DNA of 62,622 bases, the filler included. It is 4 parts of 4 records of this genome, joined end to end, with 100 filler letters (N's around TTAATTAATTAA, not from the genome) between each part and the next. Parts side by side here need not be neighbours in the genome. Positions count along the whole stretch, not along the records: positions 20,343 to 34,220 come from SRR16203515_302; 3 more parts are not named here. The stretch is one strand, 5' to 3'. The translations under genes were made by a program, and so were the position numbers. The notes under the pieces are model-generated. The model was not told the origin of the DNA, did not search any database, and saw nothing but the letters and a program-made list of their open reading frames with translations. Positions 20,658-30,306 of this stretch are shown piece by piece (within the stretch, counting starts at the first letter, position 1; every line of letters starts with the position of its first letter).

Positions 20658-21311
20658 ATGACGAATTGGGCTTATTGGTTGATGATCAATTTTATATGCT
20701 GCTTAGGCTTAAGTGCGTGTGATGGAGCGAGCAGTGGGCATACGCAGTCTTATAGTGACAGTCACACTAATGCGGAGGCATATAGTGACAGTCATACTCG
20801 CGAATTCACCTTTATTAGCCCTGCGTTTGCTAACGGCGCTCATTTACCTGCCATGTACACTTGCGACGGAATGAGTATTAGTCCGCCGGTACAATGGGAT
20901 GGCGCTCCCGCCGACACCGTTTCCTATGCCATCATCATGGATCATCAAGCATTGGAGGGAATGCATTGGTATTGGACGCTTTACAATTTATCGGCTGATA
21001 CGACTAATATAGAAGCAGGGCAGAAGCTTGGTCTGCGCGGCACAAACAGTGTTAATCAGTTAACTCAGTATGCGCCACCTTGTTCTAAGGGCCCTGGGCA
21101 AAAAAGCTATACATTTACCTTGTATGCGCTGTCATCGTCAGTGGAATTTGATCCAAGCACCAGGGTCGATCGCAACACCTTGCTTAACGCGTTAAAAGCG
21201 ATAACGCTTGATACAGCAAGTATGTCAGTAACCTATGAGCGTCATAAAAGTGACAATAAGCCACGACCTGCACCACAAGTGCGGCCTGATGCAAGAAAAG
21301 CTCCTCGTTAA
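20658..21311 (+). CDS. YbhB/YbcL (PEBP-like) lipoprotein
   Basis: Lipobox LSAC; YTCDG..ISPP..W, YAPPCSKGPG and YTFTLYALS. Confidence 0.82.
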   Translation: MTNWAYWLMINFICCLGLSACDGASSGHTQSYSDSHTNAEAYSDSHTREFTFISPAFANGAHLPAMYTCDGMSISPPVQWDGAPADTVSYAIIMDHQALEGMHWYWTLYNLSADTTNIEAGQKLGLRGTNSVNQLTQYAPPCSKGPGQKSYTFTLYALSSSVEFDPSTRVDRNTLLNALKAITLDTASMSVTYERHKSDNKPRPAPQVRPDARKAPR

Positions 21312-21507
21312 TGTAAAAACTTATTTATCAATAAGGTGTGACCCCGATAATAAAAGGGAAAGGTTACTTTTAATCATTCGATTAGGTAGTAAAAATAAAA
21401 GCTTATGCACGTCACTATCGTGAGCCTAACCTTGTCTAGTCGATCTGTTCTCGGCTCATGCGCGTACTTGTTTTAGGAATGGAGTACTCGAAATAACGGA
21501 TAATGAC

Positions 21508-22995
21508 ATGAAACAAGAACAAGAAGTTACGCCCAGTTTGTTACTTGCGTTAACCCCTGTGGTGTTAACCCTGCTTATTTTAGGGACGCAGATTTTTTAT
21601 TTCGGGGTGTTTGAGCCCCATATTCCCCTTACCATAGGATTGGCGCTCACCAGTTTGGTGGGGATGTATTTAGGCCTCACCTGGGTAGATATACGTGAAG
21701 GCATTTTTCATGTGGTGCATGTCGCATTACCATCGGTCTCGGTGTTGATTACTGTGGGCATGATCATTGGGGTTTGGATAGCCAGTGGCACAGTACCCAC
21801 CATTATTTATTATGGTCTAAAGGCCCTTTCACCTGAAATCTTCTTAGCCGCTGGTATGATCATATGCGCGGTGGTATCGGTTTCCTTGGGCACCAGTTGG
21901 GGCAGTGTGGGCACTGTCGGGCTGGCGCTAATGGGCATTGGCGAAGGCTTTGACATTCCAATGTATTGGACCGCTGGGGCGGTAGTATCGGGCGCGTTTT
22001 TTGGGGATAAGGTCTCGCCATTATCCGACACTACTAATTTGGCGCCTGCGGTGACAGGTACCGATGTGTTTTCGCATATTAAAAATATGATGGCTACCAC
22101 TATTCCTGCTATGGTGATTGCACTGGTTATCTATATCGCCGTGGGCTTTTTTGTCATTGACACCCAAAGCGTTTCGTTTGAAAAAATTTCTGGTATTACC
22201 CAAGCGCTAGAAGACAATTTCTATATTTCTCCTTGGGCATTACTACCTGCACTTGTTGTGATGGCATTGGCGTTAAAAAAATGCCCGCCATTGCCATCGC
22301 TTTTTGCCGGAGTTGTAGTGGGCAGTGTCATGGCAATGATCACACAAGGGCAAAATTTGCAGTCGGTATTTGATTTTGCCAACAACGGTTACTCTATTGA
22401 GACAGGCATTGCAGAGATTGATGGTTTATTAAATCGTGGCGGTATTCAATCGATGATGTGGACCATTTCACTGGTGCTTATTGCACTGGGTTTTGGTGGT
22501 GCACTTGAAACCACGGGGTGTTTGCGAAGCATCATTAATGCAATAAAGAGTAAAGCCACTACCTTTGCCGGCACACAAACCGCCGCAGTGGGAACCGCAT
22601 TTGCCACAAACTTAGTGGCAGGCGACCCCTACCTATCTGTCGCGTTACCTGGGCGCATGTATTCACCCGTGTATCGAGGCATGGGGTATTCCACCTTAAA
22701 CTTATCTCGGGGCATTGAAGAAGGGGGCACCTTAATGTCGCCGCTTATCCCATGGAATGCGGGTGGGGCATTTGTGATCTCTGCCCTTGGCCTTGGCGTT
22801 TCCGGTGATAATCTACAAAATCTATTATATATCCCGTTGGCCTTTGCATGCTGGACCGCTCCGCTTATCGGTATTTTCTATGCGTATACAGGGTTATATT
22901 CGCCGAAAGCCAGTGATGAAGAGCGTAAACAGTGGGAAACCTCTGGTGAGGCGATAGCGGAGTTTAATGAAGACGGCTCGCCCAAGACAGACTAA
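21508..22995 (+). CDS. nhaC: NhaC-family Na+/H+ antiporter or amino-acid transporter
   Basis: Motifs LGTSWG, GAFFGDKVSPLSDTTNLA, RGGIQSM and LIPW. Confidence 0.85.
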   Translation: MKQEQEVTPSLLLALTPVVLTLLILGTQIFYFGVFEPHIPLTIGLALTSLVGMYLGLTWVDIREGIFHVVHVALPSVSVLITVGMIIGVWIASGTVPTIIYYGLKALSPEIFLAAGMIICAVVSVSLGTSWGSVGTVGLALMGIGEGFDIPMYWTAGAVVSGAFFGDKVSPLSDTTNLAPAVTGTDVFSHIKNMMATTIPAMVIALVIYIAVGFFVIDTQSVSFEKISGITQALEDNFYISPWALLPALVVMALALKKCPPLPSLFAGVVVGSVMAMITQGQNLQSVFDFANNGYSIETGIAEIDGLLNRGGIQSMMWTISLVLIALGFGGALETTGCLRSIINAIKSKATTFAGTQTAAVGTAFATNLVAGDPYLSVALPGRMYSPVYRGMGYSTLNLSRGIEEGGTLMSPLIPWNAGGAFVISALGLGVSGDNLQNLLYIPLAFACWTAPLIGIFYAYTGLYSPKASDEERKQWETSGEAIAEFNEDGSPKTD

Positions 22996-23049
22996 CCAAA
23001 GACGCAGCACATGCTAGTTAAAAATAGCGTGCGCTGCGCCACTTATTAT

Positions 23050-24276
23050 CTACTTCGAGTAGATGTCTATTTTTTCATGTTTCGACGGTTGCTGGTTCAT
23101 GGCAGCGTCGGGACCGAGTTTAAAGTCTAGTTGTACCAGTAACCCTGTTTGACGTTGTGCCTGACCACCTTGAATACGCGGTTTATATTGCCATTTTGCC
23201 AAGGCCTCGGTGGCCGATTTATCGAACATGCCGGTAGGCTGGGATTTAATCACCGCAATGTTGTCTGTGTTGCCCGTTTCAGTGATATCAAATTGAAGTA
23301 CCACAAAGCCTTCTTGATTGGTATCTACAGCTTGCTGAGGGTACTCAGGACTGACCCGCTTTACCGGCGTAGCTTCGTTTACTTTACTGCTTTGCGCCTG
23401 GGGTGACGGTAAGTTGGCCAGTGCTGCATTGGCGGTAATGGTACCAACAATGAGAACCGATGCTAACGCTATTATTTTACTGGTTTTGTTAGGCTGTTTG
23501 ATGTGTTTTAGTCGTTTTATCATGGTGCTTTTTTCTCCAAATGACGGGTAAAAACTTAGTGGTGGGGCGGTATGTTCGGCACACTGCACAAGTGCTTTTG
23601 CATACAGTAATTTATCGCTACTTGATTTCTCTACTAGTACACGTTGATCACATGCTAGCTCCTGACTTTCCCTGAACATGCGTATTGCTATCCACATTAG
23701 GGGGTTAAACCAAAATACCGCGGCCATGGTTAATGCAAGTAAGTTCCAAACATGATCAAAGCGGTGCGCGTGCACTTGTTCATGCTCTATGATCAGTTGT
23801 TGCTGACGCGGACAATACAGACTGTTGAAATTCTCAGGCAGTAAAACTTTTGGCACCAAAAAGCCAAACAGCATGGGTGTTTGAATGGCGGTAGAATAAT
23901 AGGTGGCGTAGGGCTCTTTTTCGGCTTTAGTGAGTGAGCGGGCAAGCCGTGTGTACTGAGCGGCAACAAATAAAATAATACTGCCGAAGCCACAGAGCCA
24001 AAGCGCGCCCAAAGCATTAAAGTGTTGTACCGATACTTGGGGGGACACACCCACCACATAGCGACTGAACCCACCTGTTGTAACGGGTATAAACTGAAGG
24101 GGCAAGTTACTTACTATGAGTGTGATTGGAACGGAAAGCCAAAGTGCATAGCTAAACTGGGCTTCCAGCTTTTCGGTGGCAAAGTATACGAGTGCCATCA
24201 CGGTGAGCAACGTCATGCTTAGCAGTATTTGCTGTTGCAAAAGCCAATCAATCATTGTCTTGCTCCCATTTTTCAA
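23050..24276 (-). CDS. BlaR1-like M56 peptidase fused to a TonB C-terminal domain (likely start at 24255)
   Basis: Motifs HEQVH, WFNPL and QELACD; C-terminal P.YP..A.....EG.V.L.F.I...G....V...S.P...FD..A..A..KW.YKP. Confidence 0.88.
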   Translation of the reverse strand: MKNGSKTMIDWLLQQQILLSMTLLTVMALVYFATEKLEAQFSYALWLSVPITLIVSNLPLQFIPVTTGGFSRYVVGVSPQVSVQHFNALGALWLCGFGSIILFVAAQYTRLARSLTKAEKEPYATYYSTAIQTPMLFGFLVPKVLLPENFNSLYCPRQQQLIIEHEQVHAHRFDHVWNLLALTMAAVFWFNPLMWIAIRMFRESQELACDQRVLVEKSSSDKLLYAKALVQCAEHTAPPLSFYPSFGEKSTMIKRLKHIKQPNKTSKIIALASVLIVGTITANAALANLPSPQAQSSKVNEATPVKRVSPEYPQQAVDTNQEGFVVLQFDITETGNTDNIAVIKSQPTGMFDKSATEALAKWQYKPRIQGGQAQRQTGLLVQLDFKLGPDAAMNQQPSKHEKIDIYSK

Positions 24277-24640
24277 TGAGTTGCTTTAGCTCGTCAACAT
24301 CTTGCTTGGATAGTGATTGTTGATTAGCAAAGCCAGCAACCATTGGCGCTATCTTGCCCTTAAATAGTCTGCTCACAAAGTTTTCGGTTTCTTTTTCTGT
24401 GTAGTATTCCCGTGCAATTAACGGGCTATACAAATATTGGCGTTGTTGTTTTTGGTAGCTAAGTACCTGTTTTTTCACTAATCGCCCCAGTAATGTTTTC
24501 ACGGTTTTTTCATGCCAGTCCTTGCGCTCCGTTAACCGCGCTACTACCTCACTTGAAGTGGCAGGGTAGTCATCCCATAACACGTCAAGCACCTCGAATT
24601 CGGCAGGGGAGATATCTGCTTTATTGTTATCGTCAGCCAT
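24248..24640 (-). CDS. BlaI/MecI/CopY-family transcriptional repressor
   Basis: AEFEVL.VLW, W..KTVKTLL.RLVKK, Y.Y.PL; overlaps the M56 gene start. Confidence 0.92.
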   Translation of the reverse strand: MADDNNKADISPAEFEVLDVLWDDYPATSSEVVARLTERKDWHEKTVKTLLGRLVKKQVLSYQKQQRQYLYSPLIAREYYTEKETENFVSRLFKGKIAPMVAGFANQQSLSKQDVDELKQLIEKWEQDND

Positions 24641-24655
24641 TAGCTTTTTACCTTT

Positions 24656-24696
24656 GATTACATTTGTAGTCTCAATTTAAGATTACACTTGTAATT
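24656..24696. promoter_or_regulatory. two BlaI/CopY-type operators (TACAnnTGTA)
   Basis: gatTACAttTGTAgtc (24656-24671) and gatTACActTGTAatt (24681-24696), directly upstream of the repressor gene. Confidence 0.8.
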
Positions 24697-24893
24697 TCAA
24701 TCTGCAAGCTTTTTTGTAAATATTTTGTTGTCGAGATTTCGTGCCTTCTAGCCTGTTGATGGTATCACCATAGCTAATTCTAATTAGCTAGCATCTTTAC
24801 CATCTGTAAAACCTATCAATCTAATCATATTAACTCGTTTTAATAGTTTTTTTGAATTGTGAATAATGCATTCAATCTAATTAGGAGAGTGAA

Positions 24894-25070
24894 ATGAGCA
24901 CACTACTGAAAAAACTAACAGCGGCAAGTGGCCACAGTGCCTCGACGAACCCCATTCAAACGCAATGCAACTACGCCAATAACTACTATGGCGACCAGAT
25001 CTGTGTGGCGATGAAAAGTAACAGCAACAGTGACGTAAATCGTCTATCTAGTCAGTCAGGAGCTGCATAA
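24894..25070 (+). CDS. small 58-aa ORF translationally coupled to catalase
   Basis: AGGAG RBS upstream; open frame whose TAA overlaps the katB ATG (TAATG). Confidence 0.5.
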   Translation: MSTLLKKLTAASGHSASTNPIQTQCNYANNYYGDQICVAMKSNSNSDVNRLSSQSGAA

Positions 25071-26674
25071 TGAAAACCATCATGTCAAAAGTGTTATTAG
25101 GCTGTGTTGCCGCAGGCATACTGAGTGTAAGCGTAAACGCCGATACTCTTACCCGTCAAAATGGCGCGCCAGTAGGTGATAACCAAAACTCACAAACAGC
25201 AGGTCCTTGGGGGCCGGTTTTGCTACAAGACACTCATTTAATTGAAAAACTCGCCGCGTTCGACCGCGAACGTATACCCGAGCGTGTGGTTCACGCCCGT
25301 GGAGTGGGGATCTACGGCTATTACGAGAATTTTGAAGACTTGTCGGATGATACTTTGGCAGCACCTTTTCAATCTGAAGGTAAAAAAACCGACGTTTTCG
25401 TGCGCTTTTCTTCCGTAGTACACGGTCACTTATCACCAGAGACACTGCGCGACCCCCGTGGGTTCGCGGTAAAGTTTTACACCGAGCAAGGTAATTGGGA
25501 TTTAGTGGGTAATAACTTCCCCGTATTCTTTGTTCGCGATGCCATTAAGTTCCCAGATATGGTGCATGCGTTTAAACCATCTCCGGTGACCAATAAACAA
25601 GAAGCTACCCGAGTTTTTGACTTCTTCTCCCACGTGCCAGAGTCTACTCACACGTTGAGTATGTTATTTTCTGACTATGGTACACCTGCCAGCTACCTGA
25701 ACATGGATGGCTCAGGCGTTCATGCCTTTAAATTTGTAGATGATGAAGGCAACTATAAATATGTGAAGTTTACCTGGAAAGCCAACCAGCCAATTAAAAA
25801 CTTTACTAACGAAGAAGCCATGAAAATGCAGGGCATGGATATGCAGCCCCACACTACTGACGTATATACCCGCATTGGTGAAAAAGGCGAGACCGCCTCG
25901 TGGGATCTGTACCTACAAGAGCTAGCGCCGGAGCAATTAGACGACTTTGAGTTTAACCCTCTTGATACCACCAAGATCTGGCCAGAGTCTTTGGTACCAG
26001 CCCGCAAAATCGGTCGTTTAGTGCTTAATCGTGTGCCGGATAACTTTTTTGAAGAAACCGAACAAGCAGCGTTTGCGCCAAGCAACCTGATACCAGGCAT
26101 AGAGCCGTCTGAAGATCGCATGCTACAGGGGCGCTTATTCTCATACGCCGATACCCAGCGCTACCGTCTTGGCGTGAATGCATACCGTATCCCTGTTAAC
26201 GCGCCCAAAAACGCGGTAATTAACAACCACGAGCAACACGGCAAATTGCGTACAACAAGTTCGTCTCGTGATGTTAACTACCAACCTAGTCGTCGTCTTG
26301 AGCTTAACGAAGATCCGGCGTTTCGTTATTCAAGTAAGCCGCTGGCAGGTATGACACAGCAAATACCCTATTACAAAGAGCAAAACTTTAAGCAAGCCGG
26401 CGCGTTTTTTAGAGGCTTAACAAACGAAGGCCAGCAGCACTTAATTAGCAACTTAGGTGGTGCGCTAGCCTCGGTCCCGGAAGAAGAAATTCGCGTTATC
26501 ATCAGTGCCTTTATGTACAACGCTGATAATGAATACGGCAAAGGCGTAGCGAAAATAGCGAAAGCGCCTATGAGTAAGGTACGTCAAACAGCGAAGGCGT
26601 TAATGCAGCAACAAGCGGCCCGAGCGGCGAAAGCGAAGAAAGTCGCGGAAAGCCTTACTGCGCTGATGCAATAA
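25070..26674 (+). CDS. katB: periplasmic monofunctional heme catalase (KatB-like)
   Basis: Signal peptide; FDRERIPERVVHARG, VRFS and RLFSYADTQRYRLG. Confidence 0.93.
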   Translation: MKTIMSKVLLGCVAAGILSVSVNADTLTRQNGAPVGDNQNSQTAGPWGPVLLQDTHLIEKLAAFDRERIPERVVHARGVGIYGYYENFEDLSDDTLAAPFQSEGKKTDVFVRFSSVVHGHLSPETLRDPRGFAVKFYTEQGNWDLVGNNFPVFFVRDAIKFPDMVHAFKPSPVTNKQEATRVFDFFSHVPESTHTLSMLFSDYGTPASYLNMDGSGVHAFKFVDDEGNYKYVKFTWKANQPIKNFTNEEAMKMQGMDMQPHTTDVYTRIGEKGETASWDLYLQELAPEQLDDFEFNPLDTTKIWPESLVPARKIGRLVLNRVPDNFFEETEQAAFAPSNLIPGIEPSEDRMLQGRLFSYADTQRYRLGVNAYRIPVNAPKNAVINNHEQHGKLRTTSSSRDVNYQPSRRLELNEDPAFRYSSKPLAGMTQQIPYYKEQNFKQAGAFFRGLTNEGQQHLISNLGGALASVPEEEIRVIISAFMYNADNEYGKGVAKIAKAPMSKVRQTAKALMQQQAARAAKAKKVAESLTALMQ

Positions 26675-26771
26675 CAGTCAGATAGCCAAAGCGTGCTCAA
26701 TGTTGAGCTCGCTTTTCTTTTTATCTTGTTGATATCAATTCAGTAAACACACTCAATAGGGGAATTACAAA

Positions 26772-27329
26772 ATGGGGTTAATTAAGAAGTCGCTGATGAT
26801 GGCAACATTCGTAATGATGAGCTTTGCTAGCAATGCCGATGGCACCTTAGCCAGGCTAAAAGCACAATACTTTGATGCGGCCCGTGCAGGCGGCCAAGAC
26901 GTATTACAAACATTCTACGACGCAGGGCTAGATGTCAATGTGGCCGATGAAAAAGGTTATACGGCGCTAATTTTAGCCGCTTACCATGGCCATACGGATA
27001 CGGTGATATTTTTAATAAACCAAGCTCATGCTAACCCATGCCAAGAAGATGCGCGGGGCAATACTGCGCTGATGGGGGCCATATTCAAAGGCCACATTAA
27101 GGTAGCCAAACAACTGGTATTCGCCGATTGCAATATCGATGAAACCAATGCCCAGGGCCAAACTGCGCTCATGTTCGCCAGCTTATTTGACCGTACCGAT
27201 ATTGTCGAAACGCTGCTTGCACAAGGTGCCAATGCACAACACAAAGATAATGCGGGTAATTCAGTGGCTGATATTGCCTTATCACAGGGTAATTATGTAT
27301 TAGCAGAGACCTTAATTAAGGCGCGTTAA
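26772..27329 (+). CDS. ankB: ankyrin-repeat protein AnkB-like
   Basis: Repeats GYTALILAAYHG, GNTALMGA and GQTALMFA; follows catalase as in katB-ankB loci. Confidence 0.85.
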   Translation: MGLIKKSLMMATFVMMSFASNADGTLARLKAQYFDAARAGGQDVLQTFYDAGLDVNVADEKGYTALILAAYHGHTDTVIFLINQAHANPCQEDARGNTALMGAIFKGHIKVAKQLVFADCNIDETNAQGQTALMFASLFDRTDIVETLLAQGANAQHKDNAGNSVADIALSQGNYVLAETLIKAR

Positions 27330-27414
27330 GTCTTCAAAAATGCCTAATCAAATTGAAATACCCACAGCAGTTAGATAGTGTTGCGTTACTAGCGAATAAC
27401 AAGAAGAAATTTTT

Positions 27415-27897
27415 ATGAAAATTGAGCTCGTAAAAGCGGATTACCATAACACTCAGCACCAACAAGACATTCCATTTTTGCTAAATGAATATGCTAAAGA
27501 TCCTATGGGTGGCGGCAGCGAACTAGACCCTGAGGTATATAAAAACTTAGTCGCACATTTAGCTACTTTGCCCCATGCATTCACCGTTCTGGCTTATGTA
27601 GATGGTAAGCCAGCGGGTTTAGCAAATTGTTTTGAAGGCTTTTCTACCTTTGCCTGTAAGCCCTTAGTTAACATTCACGATATGGGGGTAATAGCTGCCC
27701 ACAGAGGGTTAGGATTAAGTCAAAAACTGCTCGAAAAAGTAGAGGAAATTGCAGTAGAGAAAGGCTGTTGTAAAATCACCTTGGAAGTTTTAACAAACAA
27801 CCAGGTTGCGAAAGCGGCCTATCAGAAGTATGGCTTCTCTGACTACGAGCTGGATCCTAGTGCTGGTAGCGCGGTGTTTTGGCAGAAAAAGCTCTAA
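27415..27897 (+). CDS. GNAT-family N-acetyltransferase
   Basis: NIHDMGV..HRGLGLSQKLL and LEV...N..A...Y.K.GF. Confidence 0.88.
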   Translation: MKIELVKADYHNTQHQQDIPFLLNEYAKDPMGGGSELDPEVYKNLVAHLATLPHAFTVLAYVDGKPAGLANCFEGFSTFACKPLVNIHDMGVIAAHRGLGLSQKLLEKVEEIAVEKGCCKITLEVLTNNQVAKAAYQKYGFSDYELDPSAGSAVFWQKKL

Positions 27898-27940
27898 ACA
27901 TTCTTTGAAAAAAATTCACTGAAAGCGAAAAAAAGGGACG

Positions 27941-28174
27941 TTGATGCGCTTAATTATACTAACACTTGCACTATTTCTAAGCAGTTGTACGACACAAACC
28001 GCGTCACGACACCTAATGGAAGTGGTAACCAATAGCGATATGGGCGTCAACGCATCGGCGTGTAACCAGTTGAAACTAACCTGTAATAGCGCAAGCACAA
28101 ACCCTGATAGCCAGCGACACTACTCTCAATGGCGCACCGAGGATGGCGCAGTTAACTGTATGTGTAAAAAATAA
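27941..28174 (+). CDS. small Cys-rich lipoprotein
   Basis: Lipobox LSSC and four further Cys. Confidence 0.55.
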   Translation: MMRLIILTLALFLSSCTTQTASRHLMEVVTNSDMGVNASACNQLKLTCNSASTNPDSQRHYSQWRTEDGAVNCMCKK

Positions 28175-28388
28175 GGGGTAATAGAAGTAGTATGTCCTAG
28201 AGTAGGGTAGGAGCCTGCGTTTTTTCAGCTGTCTTCTGTTGCTGTTAATGCCTGCTACTTTATGTGAAATGGTATAAAAAATGCTTCGTGTTATTTGTAA
28301 GGTATCTAACAGGGCGATTGATATGTTTGTGCAATTCATCACCAATCGTTCTACACTTTAACTTTGGCAGCTTTATCAAGGACTGATA

Positions 28389-28814
28389 ATGAAACATCTT
28401 ATTTTACTTAGCTTTGTCGTAGCATTAACCGCTTGTAGTGATGATAACGCAGTGGCGATGGCACATGCCTCTACCAGCGATACTCATCCGGTAACTTTAG
28501 TATTAAGTAAACGGAGTACGGAAAATTCCCTACACGATGCCAATATGCTGGCGTGGCAAAAAGCATCGTTTCAAGCTAAGCGTGAAACCTGTAGTGAAGT
28601 GGTACTTGCGCTATATGAAGAGGGGAACTTGCCGCTTGATGAACTGAACGAGGTTCAACTTAAACTGCTCAGCGAAACATTAGTTCAACAGCTTAACAAG
28701 CGTTTTGAAATGGCCGGAACGGCGCAGCAAAATCAAAAATCCTTTGAAAGTGAAATGGTGAGTACCGCCATTATCGACGCCATTGAGGATAGAAACTGGC
28801 TGGTAAAATCGTAA
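28389..28814 (+). CDS. hypothetical lipoprotein
   Basis: AGGA RBS and lipobox LTAC. Confidence 0.65.
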   Translation: MKHLILLSFVVALTACSDDNAVAMAHASTSDTHPVTLVLSKRSTENSLHDANMLAWQKASFQAKRETCSEVVLALYEEGNLPLDELNEVQLKLLSETLVQQLNKRFEMAGTAQQNQKSFESEMVSTAIIDAIEDRNWLVKS

Positions 28815-28866
28815 CCCAAAATTTAGCGGTAAACTGGGTTCAGCTGTAGCTGTAGCAGGAAGTACA

Positions 28867-29283
28867 TTAGTGGGGGTTGAGAGGATGAAAACCGCCATAC
28901 ACCATCTGTTCAGCGTTAAATCCTGTATCATATTGGTTCACTAAATCCGCCATTCTGGGATCAGAGGCTACTTTTTTATTGGCAGTATCACGTATTTCAC
29001 GTGACGCAAAAAGCACCCAGCCAAAAATAATAACTTGATCATCGGTAGCGTTTAGAGCATCACTGAAAGAGCGCGTGCCGTCTAAGGCCATGTCATCGCC
29101 TTGATATTCAAAGTATCCAAGGGCGCCATGCTCTTTCCAAATTTCGGATACCGCCATAGAGAGCTTGCGATATTCCGCTAATTTATCCTTATCTATAGGA
29201 AAAGCGAAACCATCTATATAGTTCGACACAATATCTCCAAAGTTAATATAAAAAGGCAGGCATAACTGCGTACTAAGGTACAA
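28867..29283 (-). CDS. DUF1428 (YbaA-like) protein (true start probably near 29229)
   Basis: YIDGF..P, W.EHGAL.Y.E, GW..F.SRE.RD.AN...DPRM and M.YGGF. Confidence 0.8.
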   Translation of the reverse strand: MYLSTQLCLPFYINFGDIVSNYIDGFAFPIDKDKLAEYRKLSMAVSEIWKEHGALGYFEYQGDDMALDGTRSFSDALNATDDQVIIFGWVLFASREIRDTANKKVASDPRMADLVNQYDTGFNAEQMVYGGFHPLNPH

Positions 29284-29314
29284 AGATGTTATGCCTGTCT
29301 CAATAGGTTAGAAC

Positions 29315-29905
29315 TTAATTCTTAGTTACGATTTGCTTTCCTTCAAGCGAAACCGGTAGCATTATGTGTGCGAATTGTGTGTCTCCCCACATAACAAATG
29401 GCCCTCCTGCACCTGGCTCAGTAGGAATTCCTTTGAGTAGGTTCTTTGGCACAATAATCATGATATGAGGTCCAGTTTCAACATAATCTTCTGCGTGCTT
29501 ATGATTGGGATGGTAAGGGGTTGAATTGCTTACACCAGAGCCAGTAGGTTCTCCCTGCAGCATATAAGAGATACCAATTCGGTCCGCCACAAAGTCGCCT
29601 TGGCTACCCATTGCTGCCATCATTTTCATCCAGGTTTCATCGTTGCATAGGGGGGCTTTGTCACCCGGCATAGTATCAGGTAAGCAAGTCCAGCCATTAC
29701 TACCGCTTTTCAGGACCGTACCGTCTGTATCCAAAATTGTGGCATTTTCACTAATGGCATTAGGTGCTGCCGACATGGCTCGTTGTATTTTGTCTTGCTT
29801 AGATTCACCCGCTTCAATAGTTGAAGAAAAGGTAATTGCCACTAACGTGGCGGTTAGAGTGAGAGCGTTGTTCATACTTTTATCCTTGAGAATAGAGACT
29901 TTCAC
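29315..29905 (-). CDS. secreted hypothetical protein
   Basis: Signal peptide; family-like motifs AMSAAP..I...AT, NGWTCLP, GISYML.G and GPHIM. Confidence 0.7.
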   Translation of the reverse strand: MKVSILKDKSMNNALTLTATLVAITFSSTIEAGESKQDKIQRAMSAAPNAISENATILDTDGTVLKSGSNGWTCLPDTMPGDKAPLCNDETWMKMMAAMGSQGDFVADRIGISYMLQGEPTGSGVSNSTPYHPNHKHAEDYVETGPHIMIIVPKNLLKGIPTEPGAGGPFVMWGDTQFAHIMLPVSLEGKQIVTKN

Positions 29906-30130
29906 ATCAAAAGCAGCAAGACTGCATACTCCCTCACAAAACGCTTTCCAAAGCCTAAATTACATTTGGCGTGCATAGAGATTAGAGTATTGTATATATT
30001 TACAATATTACAATTCCGAATAACGACGATAATTGTCAGTCACTATGGGCTCTAATACCAAGGAGAGCCTTTAAAATTACATGTTCACAAGGCTTTACCA
30101 AGACACACAAAGGCTAATTTTGTTTGCCAG

Positions 30131-30166
30131 TATTAAACAAGACAGTCATATTAAACAAGACAGTCA
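30131..30166. repeat. perfect 18-bp tandem duplication
   Basis: tattaaacaagacagtca x2. Confidence 0.9.
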
Positions 30167-30306
30167 TGTTTACGTAATGTGCGTATCTAGGGCATGGCTA
30201 TACTAATGTTAAATCGTCATGGCCTTGTCTAACGTGATAGATGCGCGGGGTATTCCGCCTCGTGCTATGATGATTTATCTTTATGCTTTTGTGAGATAGC
30301 AGTGCT

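Noticed and set aside
20751-20798. Repeated tatagtgacagtca(c/t)act in the YbhB-like gene
   Set aside because: A short two-copy in-frame linker duplication (YSDSHT); not CRISPR-like, with no array or cas genes.
21312-21329. TyrR-like box (TGTAAA-N6-TTTATC) upstream of the NhaC-family gene
   Set aside because: The right half-site is poor and the context is AT-rich; not supportable.
24802-24838. OxyR-like site upstream of the catalase operon (atct-N7-ctat-N7-atca-N7-tcgt)
   Set aside because: Biologically plausible, but only one of four tetramers matches ATAG/CTAT exactly; too weak without a PWM.
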